The position numbers and the translations under genes are program-made. This document shows, piece by piece, positions 48,461 through 62,732 of a stretch of 64,000 nucleotides of DNA. Source of the stretch: Octopus bimaculoides. Taxonomy: Eukaryota. Under the pieces are notes generated by a model that did no database searches, was not told the origin of the DNA, and saw nothing but the letters and a program-made list of their open reading frames with translations. The stretch covers positions 20,206,192 through 20,270,191 of the forward strand of contig NC_068986.1 in assembly GCF_001194135.2 (NCBI RefSeq), read 5' to 3'. Each line of letters begins with the position of its first letter. Within the stretch, counting starts at the first letter, position 1.

Positions 48461-51400
48461 CAGACAACTGTCTGATCACCAGCAAAGGTTGTAAATACAA
48501 TTCATTGTGTAATAGGGCTACATTCTGTTTGTATACTGTAAGACCCCTTAACAGTAAAGTTGTGGGAGTTCCCTTCGCTTAGCAAAGCTAAGAGGTTGTT
48601 GATATGTGTTGCAGTTTTAGTGAAAGACATAAGTGAATTTTTAAAATGCCTAGAAGCACAGACTATTTCTATAACCCAGGGTGAAAAGTTAGTTGGCTTG
48701 ATCTATGAGTTGGGAGTGTTCCTTATAAACCTTGAAAATATTCATCTATTTTTCCTTAAGTTTACATGTGTTGGTTGTCCCTCTCTCCAGTTTGGACATT
48801 TATATATTCCATGAGCAAATGTATTTACATCTGGATGCACTTTTTACTGTTAATCACTCAAGTGTGGAACCTACTTATCTGTTTGCTCGTTGAAGTATCA
48901 GCTTTGATCTGAGACTTAAAACACTACAGTTAGGTTTGAATTCATGACCATATGGCCAGTTGTTCAGCACATAATTTTATGCGGACATTTCTTTTGTCTT
49001 AGGAATTAATAATTAAAATATTTGCGTAGGTGTGGCTGTGTAGTAAGAAGTTTACTTCCCAACCACATGGTTGCTAGTTCCGTCACACCGCATGGCATCT
49101 TGGGTGTTTTCTACTATGGCATTGGACAAACCAAAGCCTTGTGAATGCACTTAGTAGACGGAAATTGAAGAAGCCTGTTATATATATTACTCACATATAT
49201 GTGCGTGTTTTTTGTGTCTGTGATTGTCCCCCACCAACATTTGACGGCTGGTGCTGGTGTGTTTACATCCCCTAACTTAGCACTTCAGCCAAAAGAGACC
49301 AATAGAATAAATTACCAGGCTTTAAGAAGTAAAAAATTTTTTTAAAAAGCACTAGGACCAATTCATTCCGCAAAATCTTTCAAGATTGTGCTCCAACATG
49401 GCCACAATCTAATGACTAAAACATAAAAGAAAGTTGCAAGCATGGTTGTGCAGTTAAGAAGCTCACTTTGCAACCACATGCTTTCAGGTTCAGTCCTACT
49501 GCGCAGCTCCTTGGACAAGTGTCTTCTGCTATAGATTGAGGTGACCAATGCCTTGTGAGTGAATTTGGTAGATAGAAAATGTGGAAGCCTGTAGCATACA
49601 CGTCTTGAATTTGTGGCTGTGTTTCTTACTCTACCGCTTGATAACCAGTGTGTGTTTACTTATGTCCCTGTAACTTAGAAGTTCAGAAAAAGAGATCGAT
49701 ACAATAAGTATCTGACTTATTAAATAGTGGGGGTTAATTTATTCAACCAAACCCATTCACTCATTGACCCCATCATGGCTGCAGTCCAGTGACCGAAACA
49801 GGTAAAAGAAAAATGAAAACAGGGTACTTATCTATGTAATATCTGTTTGGGACAAGAAGTGAAATAGCCTTATGGATCCTGATAGAAATAGGTACCAGAA
49901 CTTCTAGGAATGCTACTGATAACTTAAGATAGACTTCTTATTGTAACAGGAGTTTGTCATAATTCTATTTATATAAAACCAAGCTAAACACTAGATTTCT
50001 GAAACTGTGATCCTCATGAAATGATTAACTTCTTCAATTAGAATCTTAGAAAAAGTATTGATTTCTATATTGTTAATTTCATATTGATTAGTTGTTAATG
50101 CTTTACGTGTCCAAGATACACACTTCAATGCAACGGTGTGCTCGTACATCTGTAAATATGTATCACTCGTATTTCAAACTGGATTTGGAATACATTCACT
50201 TAATTACCTGCTATTTCTACATCCATGTTTTCTGAGCTCTTTTCCACTTGAAGCTACTTGTTTATTTTTCTCTATATTTTATTATTCACACTCCTTCATA
50301 TCACCTTATGACTAGTCTCTTCCACACCTAATACATGTTTGTTTGTTTTTTTTTTCTTTCTGAGAACCATGTTGATATACTTCTATAAACACTGTTTTTT
50401 AATGCTAGATATCAATCACACTTCTACCTATCATTACCTGACATAAAGCCACCTCCTTCAATACTACCCTGACCTTGTCATGTGAGTTACTTTATCTCAC
50501 TGGTACCATGTAAAAAGCATGCATTTCACTCAGAAATGGTTGGAGTTAGAAAGGGCATCCAGTCTGGTTTGCCAACTCCTGTCAAACAAGAGCAGGTGAA
50601 TCAGAAGACTATTAAACTCCAGCATCTGCTTTGGCATGGTTTCATCTGCTGGATGTCTTTCCTAAAGCCAACCACTTTACAGAGTTTACTGGGTGCTTTT
50701 TCCACGATACCAGCACTGGCGAGGTCACTAAGTAACTAGCTAGACAAGACCTCTCAACTGAGATTTGGGAGTAGTTTTGAGAGGAGGTGGCTTTGTGCCT
50801 GGCGATGTGATATTGAAATATGACAGAGGAATAGAAACAAGTGTCTTGCTGTAAGGAAGACAACATGGTTACCTCAGTTGGAAAACAAAGATAATGATGG
50901 TGAAGATGTATTAGGACATATCTTCAAGTTACAGTTCATGGGAGTGTGAGAGGTGAGTGGCAGATGGATAGAGACACGGTTAGAGGGAAATGCAGTGAGT
51001 GGTGAACGCTTGGTTGATTGATATATTGCCATACAGTGTATGATTGTAATTGATTGATACATTGCATTGTTCTCATTTTTGTTTTCAGTCTAAGTAATCT
51101 TGTTAATGTACATGAGCTAGGTATGTGTGTGGTTATTGTATGTGAGATAGATGCATGCATGTGTTGTTCATGTCTATATGAATTAGTATATTGGATTTAA
51201 ATGTGCTGAATAATCTTCTAAGATAAGCAGGCTAATAATAACTGTCTAAAGTTCAAGCAAATAATAACAACAACAACAGCAGCAGCATGAAGAATATTAA
51301 TAACTTAATAATAATACTATCTAAAGTTCAAGTTGTGTTTTCAACTTTGTAGAAATAATTCAGATTTTTTTTGGTTTTTCCTAGACACTTGTCCAACACT

Positions 51401-52985
51401 AGAATGTGCATACTCTAGTGGTTAGGGTTAAAGCAATTGAAAGAAACACAGAGCATCTCGAAATAAATACCGTAACGAAAGGGTTAAAACACAATCTGCA
51501 AGCTGCTGGCTTCACGCACGTGAAATTTTTTAGTCAAACTGGGATAGATACCATATAGACAGGCAAATCTTAGTTTTCCAATCAAAATCAGATATATTCA
51601 ACTTGTTTTAAACAATTACTCAAAAGCCATTCTGATGCATATATCTGGTTTTGAAAGTGAGCTCTTCATATATACAATTGTGTACTCATTAGCACTTGCT
51701 AATTACTAATGAGAGAGATTTTTTTTTTTTTATGATGGGTATCATCTTTAACTTGTGCCTAATAAAAATAAAGTATGAATAAATAAATTTTTACTTCTGA
51801 AAGTACGTAATTTGAATTTTATTACCCAGCATAAAGCCATCTCCCTCACTGAAATACCCCCCCCCCCATTTCAGTTTAGGGGATATTTTGATGTTTCTTT
51901 CCTTTTTCCTGTTCTGTAAGTTACTTGCTGACCTCACTAGTGTTGGTGACATGAAAACAGCTTCCAGTGCATCACTGGTGAAATAGGTGTTGTTAGGAAA
52001 GGCATCCAATCATAGAAACCGTGCCAAAGCTGGCATTCAACACACACCAGTGGCTCACCTGGATCCTGCCAAACCATCCAACCCATGCCAATATGCAAAA
52101 TGGACATTAAATGATGATTTGTTTCCTAAAAAATATAAATCACCATTATTTCAATTACTTTAAAACCAGACAAACTTGTACTCCAAATCATTCAAAATAG
52201 AAATTAAGAACATTTCTTATTCATGTTTATTTTTTAAAACATAGTTTGTTTTTTTTTCTTTTAAGCAAATAACAGCCACCAAGAATAAATTTTTAGCAAT
52301 ACTTCATCTTCGTTTGTTCTCAGATTTATATTTTATTTGTTGTTTTTGTTTTTTGTTCTTTCAAGTCATTAATGCAGCTTGTTGCTGTACAGTTTTTAGC
52401 ATGTGTATTGTTAAACATTTTGTATTTTTTTAAGATACCATCTGCTATTATTGGAAATTCCCTTGTCTTCGTATTTGAGTTATTTCTTGTGTAAATAAAT
52501 ATTTAGAATAATAATAGTGAATAGTTTCCTGTAAGATAATGAATTCCACATGAACGATTAACTATAGATTCTCTTTAAATACACGATCCATACATCAAAT
52601 TGTTGCCAGAAAATATAATTCTGTACTGTCTCTGTGTTTTACTATCTAATATGGCTACAGTAACAACCAAGTTCCTTTTTATGAGAGAGTAGACATCATT
52701 AATTTTATATTTCAAATATTCAGCTTTTTCACCCAACTTAGCAGGAAATAAACCAGCTTTGGTTTTTGTGTTTTACTTCAAACCAGCAGTTATTAAAGAT
52801 TTTCTATTAAATTATGCAGGTGCTTTCTAACATAAAATGCCTAAGATTAATCACATCACTACATTCTTTGGTTGCTATGGTTATTAACAACCTTCAATCA
52901 AAACAATCATGGGAGATTTCTGAAATTAATTTACTTTATCTTGCTATATTCTTCATAATATGGGTGCTTCATATATGGGTACCTA

Positions 52986-53250
52986 TAAATAATAATAAAT
53001 GCGCCCTTTTAAAGCCTAGCCAGGCTCATGGGCCCGGTTTCCCGGTTTCAATGGCATATGCATTCCCCAGCTGGACGGGACGCCAGTCCATCACAGCATT
53101 ACTTATTTTTGCCAGCTGAGTGAACTGGAGCAACGTGAAATGAAGTGTTTTGCTCAAGAACACAACGTGTCGCCCGGTCCAGGAATCGAAACCACAATCT
53201 TATGATCATGATGCTGGCATCCTAACCACTAAGCCACGTGCCTCCACACA
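52986..53250 (-). mobile_element. SINE family E with TSD
   Basis: TSD ggtaccta at 52978-52985 and 53251-53258; CpGs largely intact. Confidence 0.9.
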
Positions 53251-53528
53251 GGTACCTAAACTGTGGTTAAAAATTCCTGTCAAGTGAACATTATTTTTAA
53301 TCAGAATATTTGTCTGTTTAAAAACTTCTGCGTTACTTGAAGCCTTCTTTGCATCAGTGTTCTTCACTCTGCTCTGCGAACCCCAAGGGGGTCTAACACA
53401 TGCCAGAAAAGTTTGCGAAATGAAAATGTGTTTCTTGGGGGGAAATACTCAAAAAGAAAGAGAAAAAGGGTTTTAGTTACACAAAACTGGATGTAATTTC
53501 ACATTCGGAAGGTTTTCATCAGTCATGC

Positions 53529-53834
53529 TGTGAAGGCATGTGGATAAATGATTTGGGTATTTGGCTAAAAATGAGCTCAATACCTGGTGACATGCTGTGT
53601 CCTTGAGCAAGACACTTTATTTCATGTTGCTCCATTTTGCTCAGTTGACAAAGATGAATTGTACCTGTATTTCAAAGGGCTATTTTTGGTGCATTGTGTC
53701 ATGCTAAATCTCACTACTTTAATGGCATGAATGTCTGTGGAGTACTCTGCTACTTACAATTTAATTTCATGAACAGGCTGTTCCGTTGATCAGATCAACT
53801 GGAACATTTGTCATAACTAACCAATGGTGTGCCA
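53529..53834 (+). mobile_element. Chimeric SINE: family E middle plus family C tail, decayed
   Basis: gtgtccttgagcaagacactttatttcatgttgctcc (E-type) joined to gtacctgtatttcaaagggc...gatcaactggaac (C-type). Confidence 0.75.
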
Positions 53835-54179
53835 GTTTTTTTTTTTTCTTTTTTATCAGTCATGTTATATGACATCCTTTTGACATCACAAGGAGTTGGT
53901 TACATTAGAAATGTTTATAACTGATGTGTTATCTTCACGAATAATCTAAAAGTTCAAAATTAGGTAATTCCTGGCTATAATTAATCTACATAGTAGTTTG
54001 TCAACATCCTTTCAGTTTTGACATTTTGAATACATTTTTACTAAAATTTTTAAATCTACAACTGAAAGCAGTATTCCAGTAAGGTCTTAGCTGTGATGAC
54101 TAAAATTAGCTAAAAGTACTTTTTACAGAAAAAAAAAATGTTCTACAAATCTTAATGTCTTTTATTTGATTTCCATATT

Positions 54180-54390
54180 TTAACCCTGAGATTGCCCCTG
54201 GTTCTTTGATAGAAACTTCCCTGTTGTAAAGTGATCTAAATTAAAACCTTCCATCAGAATTTCATACTAATTTATGTTCTAAATGCCATCTTAATAATGT
54301 CAGTTATTTTACTAAATTCTTGATTATTTCCAAAATTAACTGTGACAAAGGCAGTGTATTTCAACAGAAACGTGGTAATGGAAAAGTTAA
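54180..54390. mobile_element. TTAA-flanked piggyBac-like MITE
   Basis: TTAAccct...ggaaaagTTAA. Homologous bodies (ccttccatcagaattt...ttattttactaaatt...tttcaacagaaa) at about 37590-37805, 44800-45025 and 63790-63955. Confidence 0.6.
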
Positions 54391-54844
54391 AGAATATACA
54401 TGTCCCTATAACACACACACACATTACATGAATAATTAGTTAAACATCCAAACATTATTGATATTAAATTCTCTATAGTGACTGCAGTAGTCAAATATCA
54501 ACAACATCTCTTGTGGTTAGCCATGCTTTCTATTATAACCCCCCCCCCTTCATCCTCTTCTCGTAACTGATGCACATACCATTTGTCAAAACAGTTTGGT
54601 TATTATAGAGCTTAAGCAACTTCAAGTTCTCACTGACGAATTTATACAAAGCATGTTTTAAAATTCAAGCCAATGCTTGTTTATTCGTTTATTTTTGGGA
54701 GGTGAGGTTGGTGGAGTCTTTTTCCTTTTCTTACATTTAACTCTTAGACATATTAGAATTAAATTAACTTTAATCGAATACTTTTGTTCTAGTTTCAAAT
54801 TTTTCAAATTCTTTACATTCCTCTTCCTTTCATATATATATATG

Positions 54845-54940
<96 letters not shown>

Positions 54941-55416
54941 TATTATAATTAAAGAAATTTGAAGTTATGAGTTGGTAACAATGAATATCATTAAGTGAAC
55001 TAATTGAGGATCATTGGTGAATTTAAGAATTGAAAAGTTGGGGAATGTTACAGTATAAATCTATCTGGTCTCTGCTGCACAAAGTAGCATGCATAGCCAT
55101 AGCCCCTGTGATGATGGATGCATAAATTAACCTCATTTTAGCATTTCTCCACTGTGTATGTATGTATGCTTCAGTTGCCAATCATAGTCTTCCCATATGA
55201 AAATAGACTACACTTTCAGTTGTCATATCATAAACACTGACTCAGACTGGAGAAAGTCTTTTGTTAACATATTTTTCTGAAAACATTTCTCTTTGTAAAT
55301 ACCGTTGTATTTGTATTTGACCATACTTTTTTTTTTTTCTTTAAATATGATGTTTCTATGAACTTTTTTTTGTAATGTATTCACAGGAAATGTTTTTTTC
55401 TTAACGAAACAGGCAA

Positions 55417-55462
<46 letters not shown>

Positions 55463-56287
55463 GGAAGTTTAAAGCTTTTACAAGCTACAGTTATGTGTAA
55501 AATGATTTAAATATTATCTACAATTAGAATCAAGGTGCCACAAATTAAGAGGTATTAGAAACTGGTGAGAGGGTGGAGATCTTTATTGAAATAAAATATG
55601 AAGAAGGAAATAGCAAACATTCCTGTGTTTATCTAATTGAAGGTTTTTAAAAGTAACTATGCGTAGCCTTCTCCGCTTGTTCAGAGCNNNNNNNNNNNNN
55701 NNNNNNNNNNNNNNNNNNNNNNNNNNNNNNNNNNNNNNNNNNNNNNNNNNNNNNNNNNNNNNNNNNNNNNNNNNNNNNNNNNNNNNNNNNNNNNNNNNNN
55801 NNNNNNNNNNNNNNNNNNNNNNNNNNNNNNNNNNNNNNNNNNNNNNNNNNNNNNNNNNNNNNNNNNNNNNNNNNNNNNNNNNNNNNNNNNNNNNNNNNNN
55901 NNNNNNNNNNNNNNNNNNNNNNNNNNNNNNNNNNNNNNNNNNNNNNNNNNNNNNNNNNNNNNNNNNNNNNNNNNNNNNNNNNNNNNNNNNNNNNNNNNNN
56001 NNNNNNNNNNNNNNNNNNNNNNNNNNNNNNNNNNNNNNNNNNNNNNNNNNNNNNNNNNNNNNNNNNNNNNNNNNNNNNNNNNNNNNNNNNNNNNNNNNNN
56101 NNNNNNNNNNNNNGTTTGTCATTTGGCTGCAGCTATGCTGGAGCACCAGCCTTAGTTGAATAAATTGACTCCAGAACTTATTATTTGTAAGCCCAGTACT
56201 TATTTTATTGGCCTCTTTTGCCGAACCGCTAAGTTACGAGGACGTAAACACACCAACATTGGTTGTCAAACGATGGTGGGGTGACAA

Positions 56288-56324
<37 letters not shown>

Positions 56325-59006
56325 CAACAGGCTCTATGGTTATGAAGTTCACTTTGCATCTGTGTAGTTTTGAGTTCATTCTCAATGCATGATTTATTGG
56401 GCTGGTGCCCTGACAGGAATAAGTATTGGGGTTGCTGTAATTTGCTAAATTCTTCTGAATGTGGTATTTCTAAGAATTTAGTCACTGTAACCTGTAAAAG
56501 ACTAAAAGAATTCCTGTAACTTCAGAGCTGGCTGATCCCATACCTCCATCATTCAAGTAATCCCATCCCAGTTGTCTCTCCACCTCTTCACACTCTTGAT
56601 GCATCCGACCACCTTTTCTCTGCACTAACCACTATTCCTAATCTTTTGTCCTTAAAACGGTGGCCCCTCTGGAATTTCCACCCTGCTCTTGTAGGTGTCC
56701 TGCACCAGTTTAAACATTAACAGCATAAACCGCACCAGTCTTGAAATGTCTGCAAGGGTTATATGCTCTGCCCCTTCCTCTAGACCACCTTTCTATTTTT
56801 TTTTTTTTTTTTTTTTAATATACATAGTGTTTTTACCCACTTTTTCTTAGACTTTACAAATTTAATACTGGAATCACTTTAATTTGTATAGTTATATCAA
56901 TAATTGAGTGAGCAAAGTGCAACCATGAACATTTTCCCTTGAAACTAATTAATTCTCATTGTTCCTGATTGCAATATCTAACTTTGCATCAGTCTGCAAA
57001 ATTCATTTCAATCATCACTAGCCACGTGTACTATGTGTAAAGAGCACAACCACCTGGTGGATTAAACCACAATATTTATTGTGAGCCTCTCTTTGGACCC
57101 TCATGACACATATCGTGATTTATTAATGTTTAGCTTGGAACTCTCCAGAGATTTTAGAAATATGTATGTAAATCAATAAATTCAAGGTTTCCAACATCAG
57201 TAAAATGTAGTGTTTGTCTCCAGGGTTGTAGGATCAGAGTAGTTAATGATACATGGAAACAGAGACCAAACTAAAAGGAATTTCATTTTCCATATTTTGC
57301 TATTTTGATAACACTTGTACAGTATAGATGTTTTTTTTTTTTTTTTAAATTTCTGCAGACAAACTGTTAGGTTTATTTTATCCAACCAGCACATTTGACC
57401 ACCCTCTGCTAATCAACCCATGACAAAGTTGTATAGTGGAAATGGATTTGACATTCATGGTATGAGAGAGAGAGAGAGACCATGCAGTTGGGTTAGGATG
57501 CCTGCATACAGAAGTGTCCCTCTAAATATTCTTGGAGTGTATTTCAGATAGTTTTTATTTGGACAACAACACTCACAAGTGCAGAGGTAGTGTCCTGTGG
57601 AACTTCTCATTCTTCCAAGGATAGGAAATCCTTTTCTGAAACTATCATGGATGAGTTTGCAAAATGTTCTGTATCTTTTCATTATTAAGCTAGTGCTTGG
57701 AATTTTTTATAACATGAATTTTTTGTGAAAGAGTTTTTAATTCAGATCACTTTAAATGGACCCATTACCAACCTGGTTGGAGACTTTAATAGCTAAGGTT
57801 CTGCTAAGAACACCAATGTTGGCAGTCAAAAGACTGCTAACTTCGAAAATAATTGTTTAGAAATTAGCAAATTCAACAAATTTCTGAAAACAATTTTGGT
57901 AATGTTAACCTAGAAAAATAGGTTAAAATGATTTGTATATATAGAACTTTTCAAACATTGTTTTAACAATTTTAAAATTGTTTAATAATTGTTATCAGTT
58001 CATTTTCATTGTTTACATTTTGAACAATTATTTTTTGTTAAATTCTCTGAAAAAATGTTACAGAAAACGCTATTTCATAAATCTGTCAATCTTTGAATAG
58101 AATTCTCTCTTCAGTGACCTTGCTGATAAATGCGTGTGTATGTTTGTGTACACCAAGTTTATTTCATCCTAACCCTTTTCCCACAATATTAATGAATGAA
58201 TGTATTATTCACTCTTCTCTATATACTGAAAGGGACAAATTTAATTTAGGTATGCAACAACTGGGTACACATCATTGACAAGGCCCAAGAAGGTTGAAAT
58301 GCTTCTGACATTCTTGCAAGTCACTGCTGAAACATTCATTTCGCTTTGATGTATATTGTGTTTTTAGCACAGCATGTCTGTAAAAAATTTTTCTCTCAGA
58401 TAAAATTCACAGCATCATGTCTTTCAGTAGTGTATATACATTAGGTAAGTTACAAAGATGACTGTATGACTAGGAAGCTCGCTTTGCAAACATGGTTTTA
58501 GGTTCAGTCTCACCGCACAGCTCCTGAGACAATTGTTTTCTATTATATTCCCAAGCAAGCTACATCCTTGTTGGTGAATTTTGTAGATAGAAACTGAAAG
58601 AAGCCTGTTGTGTGTGTACCTTTTGTCTTAACATCAGGTGATGCTTGTAAACAAGCATCACTCTCATGAGTGTTGGGGTTTATTTCCATTTTTCTATGAA
58701 AAACATGTCTGGTCATGGAGAAATTTCGGTGGAGGGATAATTTGATTACATCTNNNNNNNNNNNNNNNNNNNNNNNNNNNNNNNNNNNNNNNNNNNNNNN
58801 NNNNNNNNNNNNNNNNNNNNNNNNNNNNNNNNNNNNNNNNNNNNNNNNNNNNNNNNNNNNNNNNNNNNNNNNNNNNNNNNNNNNNNNNNNNNNNNNNNNN
58901 NNNNNNNNNNNNNNNNNNNNNNNNNNNNNNNNNNNNNNNNNNNNNNNNNNNNNNNNNNNNNNNNNNNNNNNNNNNNNNNNNNNNNNNNNNNNNNNNNNNN
59001 NNNNNN

Positions 59007-59037
<31 letters not shown>

Positions 59038-62000
59038 AGTGGCTGTGTGGTAAGTAGCTTGCTTACCAACCACATGGTTCTGGGTTCAGTCCCACTGCAT
59101 GGCACCTTGGGTAAGTGTCTTCTATTATAGCCTCTGGCCAACCTGAGCTTTGTGAGTGGATTTGGTAGGCGGAAACTGAAAGAAGCTCGTCATATATGCG
59201 TGTATATGTTTGTGTGTCTGTGTTTGTACCCCGCCAATGCTGGTGTGTTTATGTCCCCGTAATTTAGCAGTTCAGGAAAAGAAACCAATAGAAAAAGTAT
59301 TAGGCTTCCAAAGAATAAGTCTTGGGGTCGATTTGTTCGATTAAAGGCAATGCTCCAGATTGGCCGCAGTCAAATGACTGAAACACACACACATACCAAA
59401 CACTATTCTGTGTAGCCACAAATTGTATTTACCTACTTTAAAATGCAACAAAAATATTTTTGAAATAGCAATGTCACTAACTTCTACATCAAGAAATAGG
59501 TTGCTATTTAGCCCCCAAGTCACACCTGAATGAGCTGGACTATGATCAGAAGCATTGTAGCAAAGCTCATTCGCATCTTACTTTAAAACATTGTGTATCG
59601 AGGGCCACATTATCCAAGATGTCCTTCCATCTTTAAGACAGTGGGGTGTGTTTTAAAAGGAGATTTGTTGCTATTTTTAGCAAGTTAAGTACCCATGTAC
59701 AGGTATCCTTGTTGGTTCGTCAGTAAATAGGTTATCAATGTAGGTAAAATAAGTTCTAAATCTGTACAATGATTATTTTAGTTTATTATTGTTGGTTTGT
59801 CTAACGTATCTTTTGTTTTTCTCATTTGCTATCTGTTCATTAATATCTAATTAAGATTATGCAAGTTTCATGTATTTATATAATATCTGAGGTTGGGGTA
59901 TTGCATTTAGCTATTAATATTAATCTATCGTCCCACTATTAATAATACATTGCTTAAATATTGCACGCTCTGAAATGGCTAATTAATTCTTATTGCTCTT
60001 TCACTATTTGATCATAACCTCTTTTCTTCCAACACACACACACACTAGATTGGTATTAGAAGGCAGATTAATCTCTAAACTATATGCTTCATTTACACTT
60101 GCATTACAACACAATGTGTTGTGACCCCCATTGTTTAGAATAGTGTTAGATGCAACCAAGCAGAGCTAACTGAATTATGTATAAACCTGGGAAGTGAGCA
60201 TTAGATGTTAAGGGCAGTTAGTAAAACAGTAACTATGATGTTAACATTAGCTAAATTAACATATTAAAAATATTAATTGATGTTTTCTTTACACACAATA
60301 TGCTTATATTTTCTGCAATCTGTTTAAGCAGTTTCAAAAATTAATTTCTAAATTTTGCATTAGGTCACATATTGGAGAGTGGGTAGTTGATTTAGTCAAC
60401 CTCAGTATATGTCTGTTGCTTACATTATTGTTACCAGAAGAGAGAATGACAAAGTTGACTCAAATGAGATTTAAATTCTGTATGTAACAAGATGTAACTA
60501 GATATCATAAATATTTAGTCTGGTACTCTACAGCTTGGTCGGCTCTTCTACATTTTAGTCCTGTGTTCTACAATTCAATCTAGTTGTCTACAATTTGATT
60601 TACTTAGCAACAAAACAAAAACTGTAGTCAAAAAATCTTTGTTGAATGGTGCACCTTTATTATAAGATAAGGATAGGTACAGATTAGATAATAGAATCTT
60701 ACATACTCCTCATAAGACGTGGTCATGGCTGGAGTACCTTTGATCACAGGTCTGCTCATCATTGTTGACCTATGGCTAAAACTGCAACCTATTCATTGCC
60801 TCATCTTTGCAAAGTGTGAAATATTGTCAGTAAACTGTCATCTGGAAATTAATTGGCTGAGAGGAAAAGATTTAGATTCACTACTGAATACAGGAGAAAA
60901 GGCTGCAGATAATGCAGAATGTAAATGTTGCTGAATATATGAGATTAATTTGATCAGTGTTGCTTTTGAATCCAACTATGGGGAACAAATAATTTTGAAA
61001 TGTCTGGTTGAAGCTGGAGTGTAGCTGTGATGGAGGAAGAGAGAGAGAGAGAAGGGGAGGAGGGATGATTGTAATGTAGCTTATCAGATGATTCTTTCTT
61101 ATTTAGGAAGTCCTAGACCTTAGACAGTCTCTAGTCTCCTTGAATATAATGTGTCCTGCTAAAATATTGCAATGTAGTTATTGTTATCGTGGGAATATCT
61201 TAATGACCAAAGTAATTAAGATAGTGTGTAATGGTAGTTTTCTGTTGGTTTTGAAACCATCTAACATTTATTGCGAGGAGGGGAAAAAATGGTCATTTAG
61301 AGCTACAGCAGTTTCACAGATGCTGAAATACATTTGCTAGAAGCTAATTTCTGTTTATGGTCTCAAATGTCCTTATCAGTAGATATTTTAATAACAGTAG
61401 GATTGTTGTGTGCAGTATGGTGGTGGTGGTTGAGTGAAAGGGTCTGTAGCTTTGTAGGGTATTATTAGATTGAGGGCTGAATGGATTGATGGAGCTGAAG
61501 ATAAGCCTTTCTAGAATGTTTATGAAGTGCTGTGTCTGTGGAATGTTGCTGCCTTCTTATCAGTTGTTTAACTTGGAAATCGATTTAAGTATTTGTTTAT
61601 TAAAATCATCAAGTAAAAGACAAAGCTGTGGATGGCTTTGGATAAGGAGAGCAGACCCATGGCTTTGTTGCTGCTGAGATTTGAACAACCCTGGCTAGAT
61701 CAACTAGGTGATGGGATCTTAGTTGAAAAAGAAAAAAAAACCCAAATGCTGTAAGACCTCAGGAACATTGCTGACAATAATGCATCCCAGAATATCTATG
61801 TGAAGCATTTTGGAACTATACTTATGCATATTTCTTTCTGTCTTTTTAATTATTTAATCCTTGTTTACCTGCCACTAAAAAGAAATCTAAAACTGTATCG
61901 GGTAATCATTCTGGACAAGTAACTCTGCCTTTAGTGGTGCCATGTTTGACTGTTAAGGTTCATAAGACTTTACATGTTCTACCAAGTAATCTAAATTAAC

Positions 62001-62692
62001 CTTGAATATGTTTTGTTTTACTCAGTCTCTGTAAATCATATTAGACACAAATTTATTCAAACATTTAACACCCCTCCTCTTTGCAACTACTGTCTTGACA
62101 TATTTGGTTATATGTAAACCTATAGGGTAGAACAAACAGAAGATTTACTGATTCCTCCGTAGATTGAAAAAACATTATAAACAGCCTTAATCGATTTTTG
62201 GTTTGTGTTGGAATCTCATCAGGAGTGTTTACATCATTTGATCAATCCCAATGAAACAAGCAGCCAATTTGTTATATACACATCAAATTTTGTATCTCCA
62301 GAAAACTGGAGTCACTAATCGGCATACTATATGTGTTTAATATTTTATTTAATATCAGAGACTGGATAAGTCAATATCATTGACTCGCAATAATTTGTAC
62401 TGTTTTTTGTTCTTGGTGTCATCGTCAAAACATTTCCTATTTATTACTCAATAGCTTATTGTGATGATGATATATAGCTGCTATTATACTTATAATACTT
62501 TAGGTCAGTCTACCTCTATTCATTTGTAAACCAAACACAAGACTTTAGAAATATACTTCCTGAATAATTGGTAAAAGCTGACTAAGTAAAGTGCTTAATG
62601 CGTTGTAAAATATCATTAGATTAACTTTTTTCTTTTATATATATATATATATATATAATTCATGAAATGCATTGTAGATCTAGCTTAGCTGG

Positions 62693-62732
<40 letters not shown>

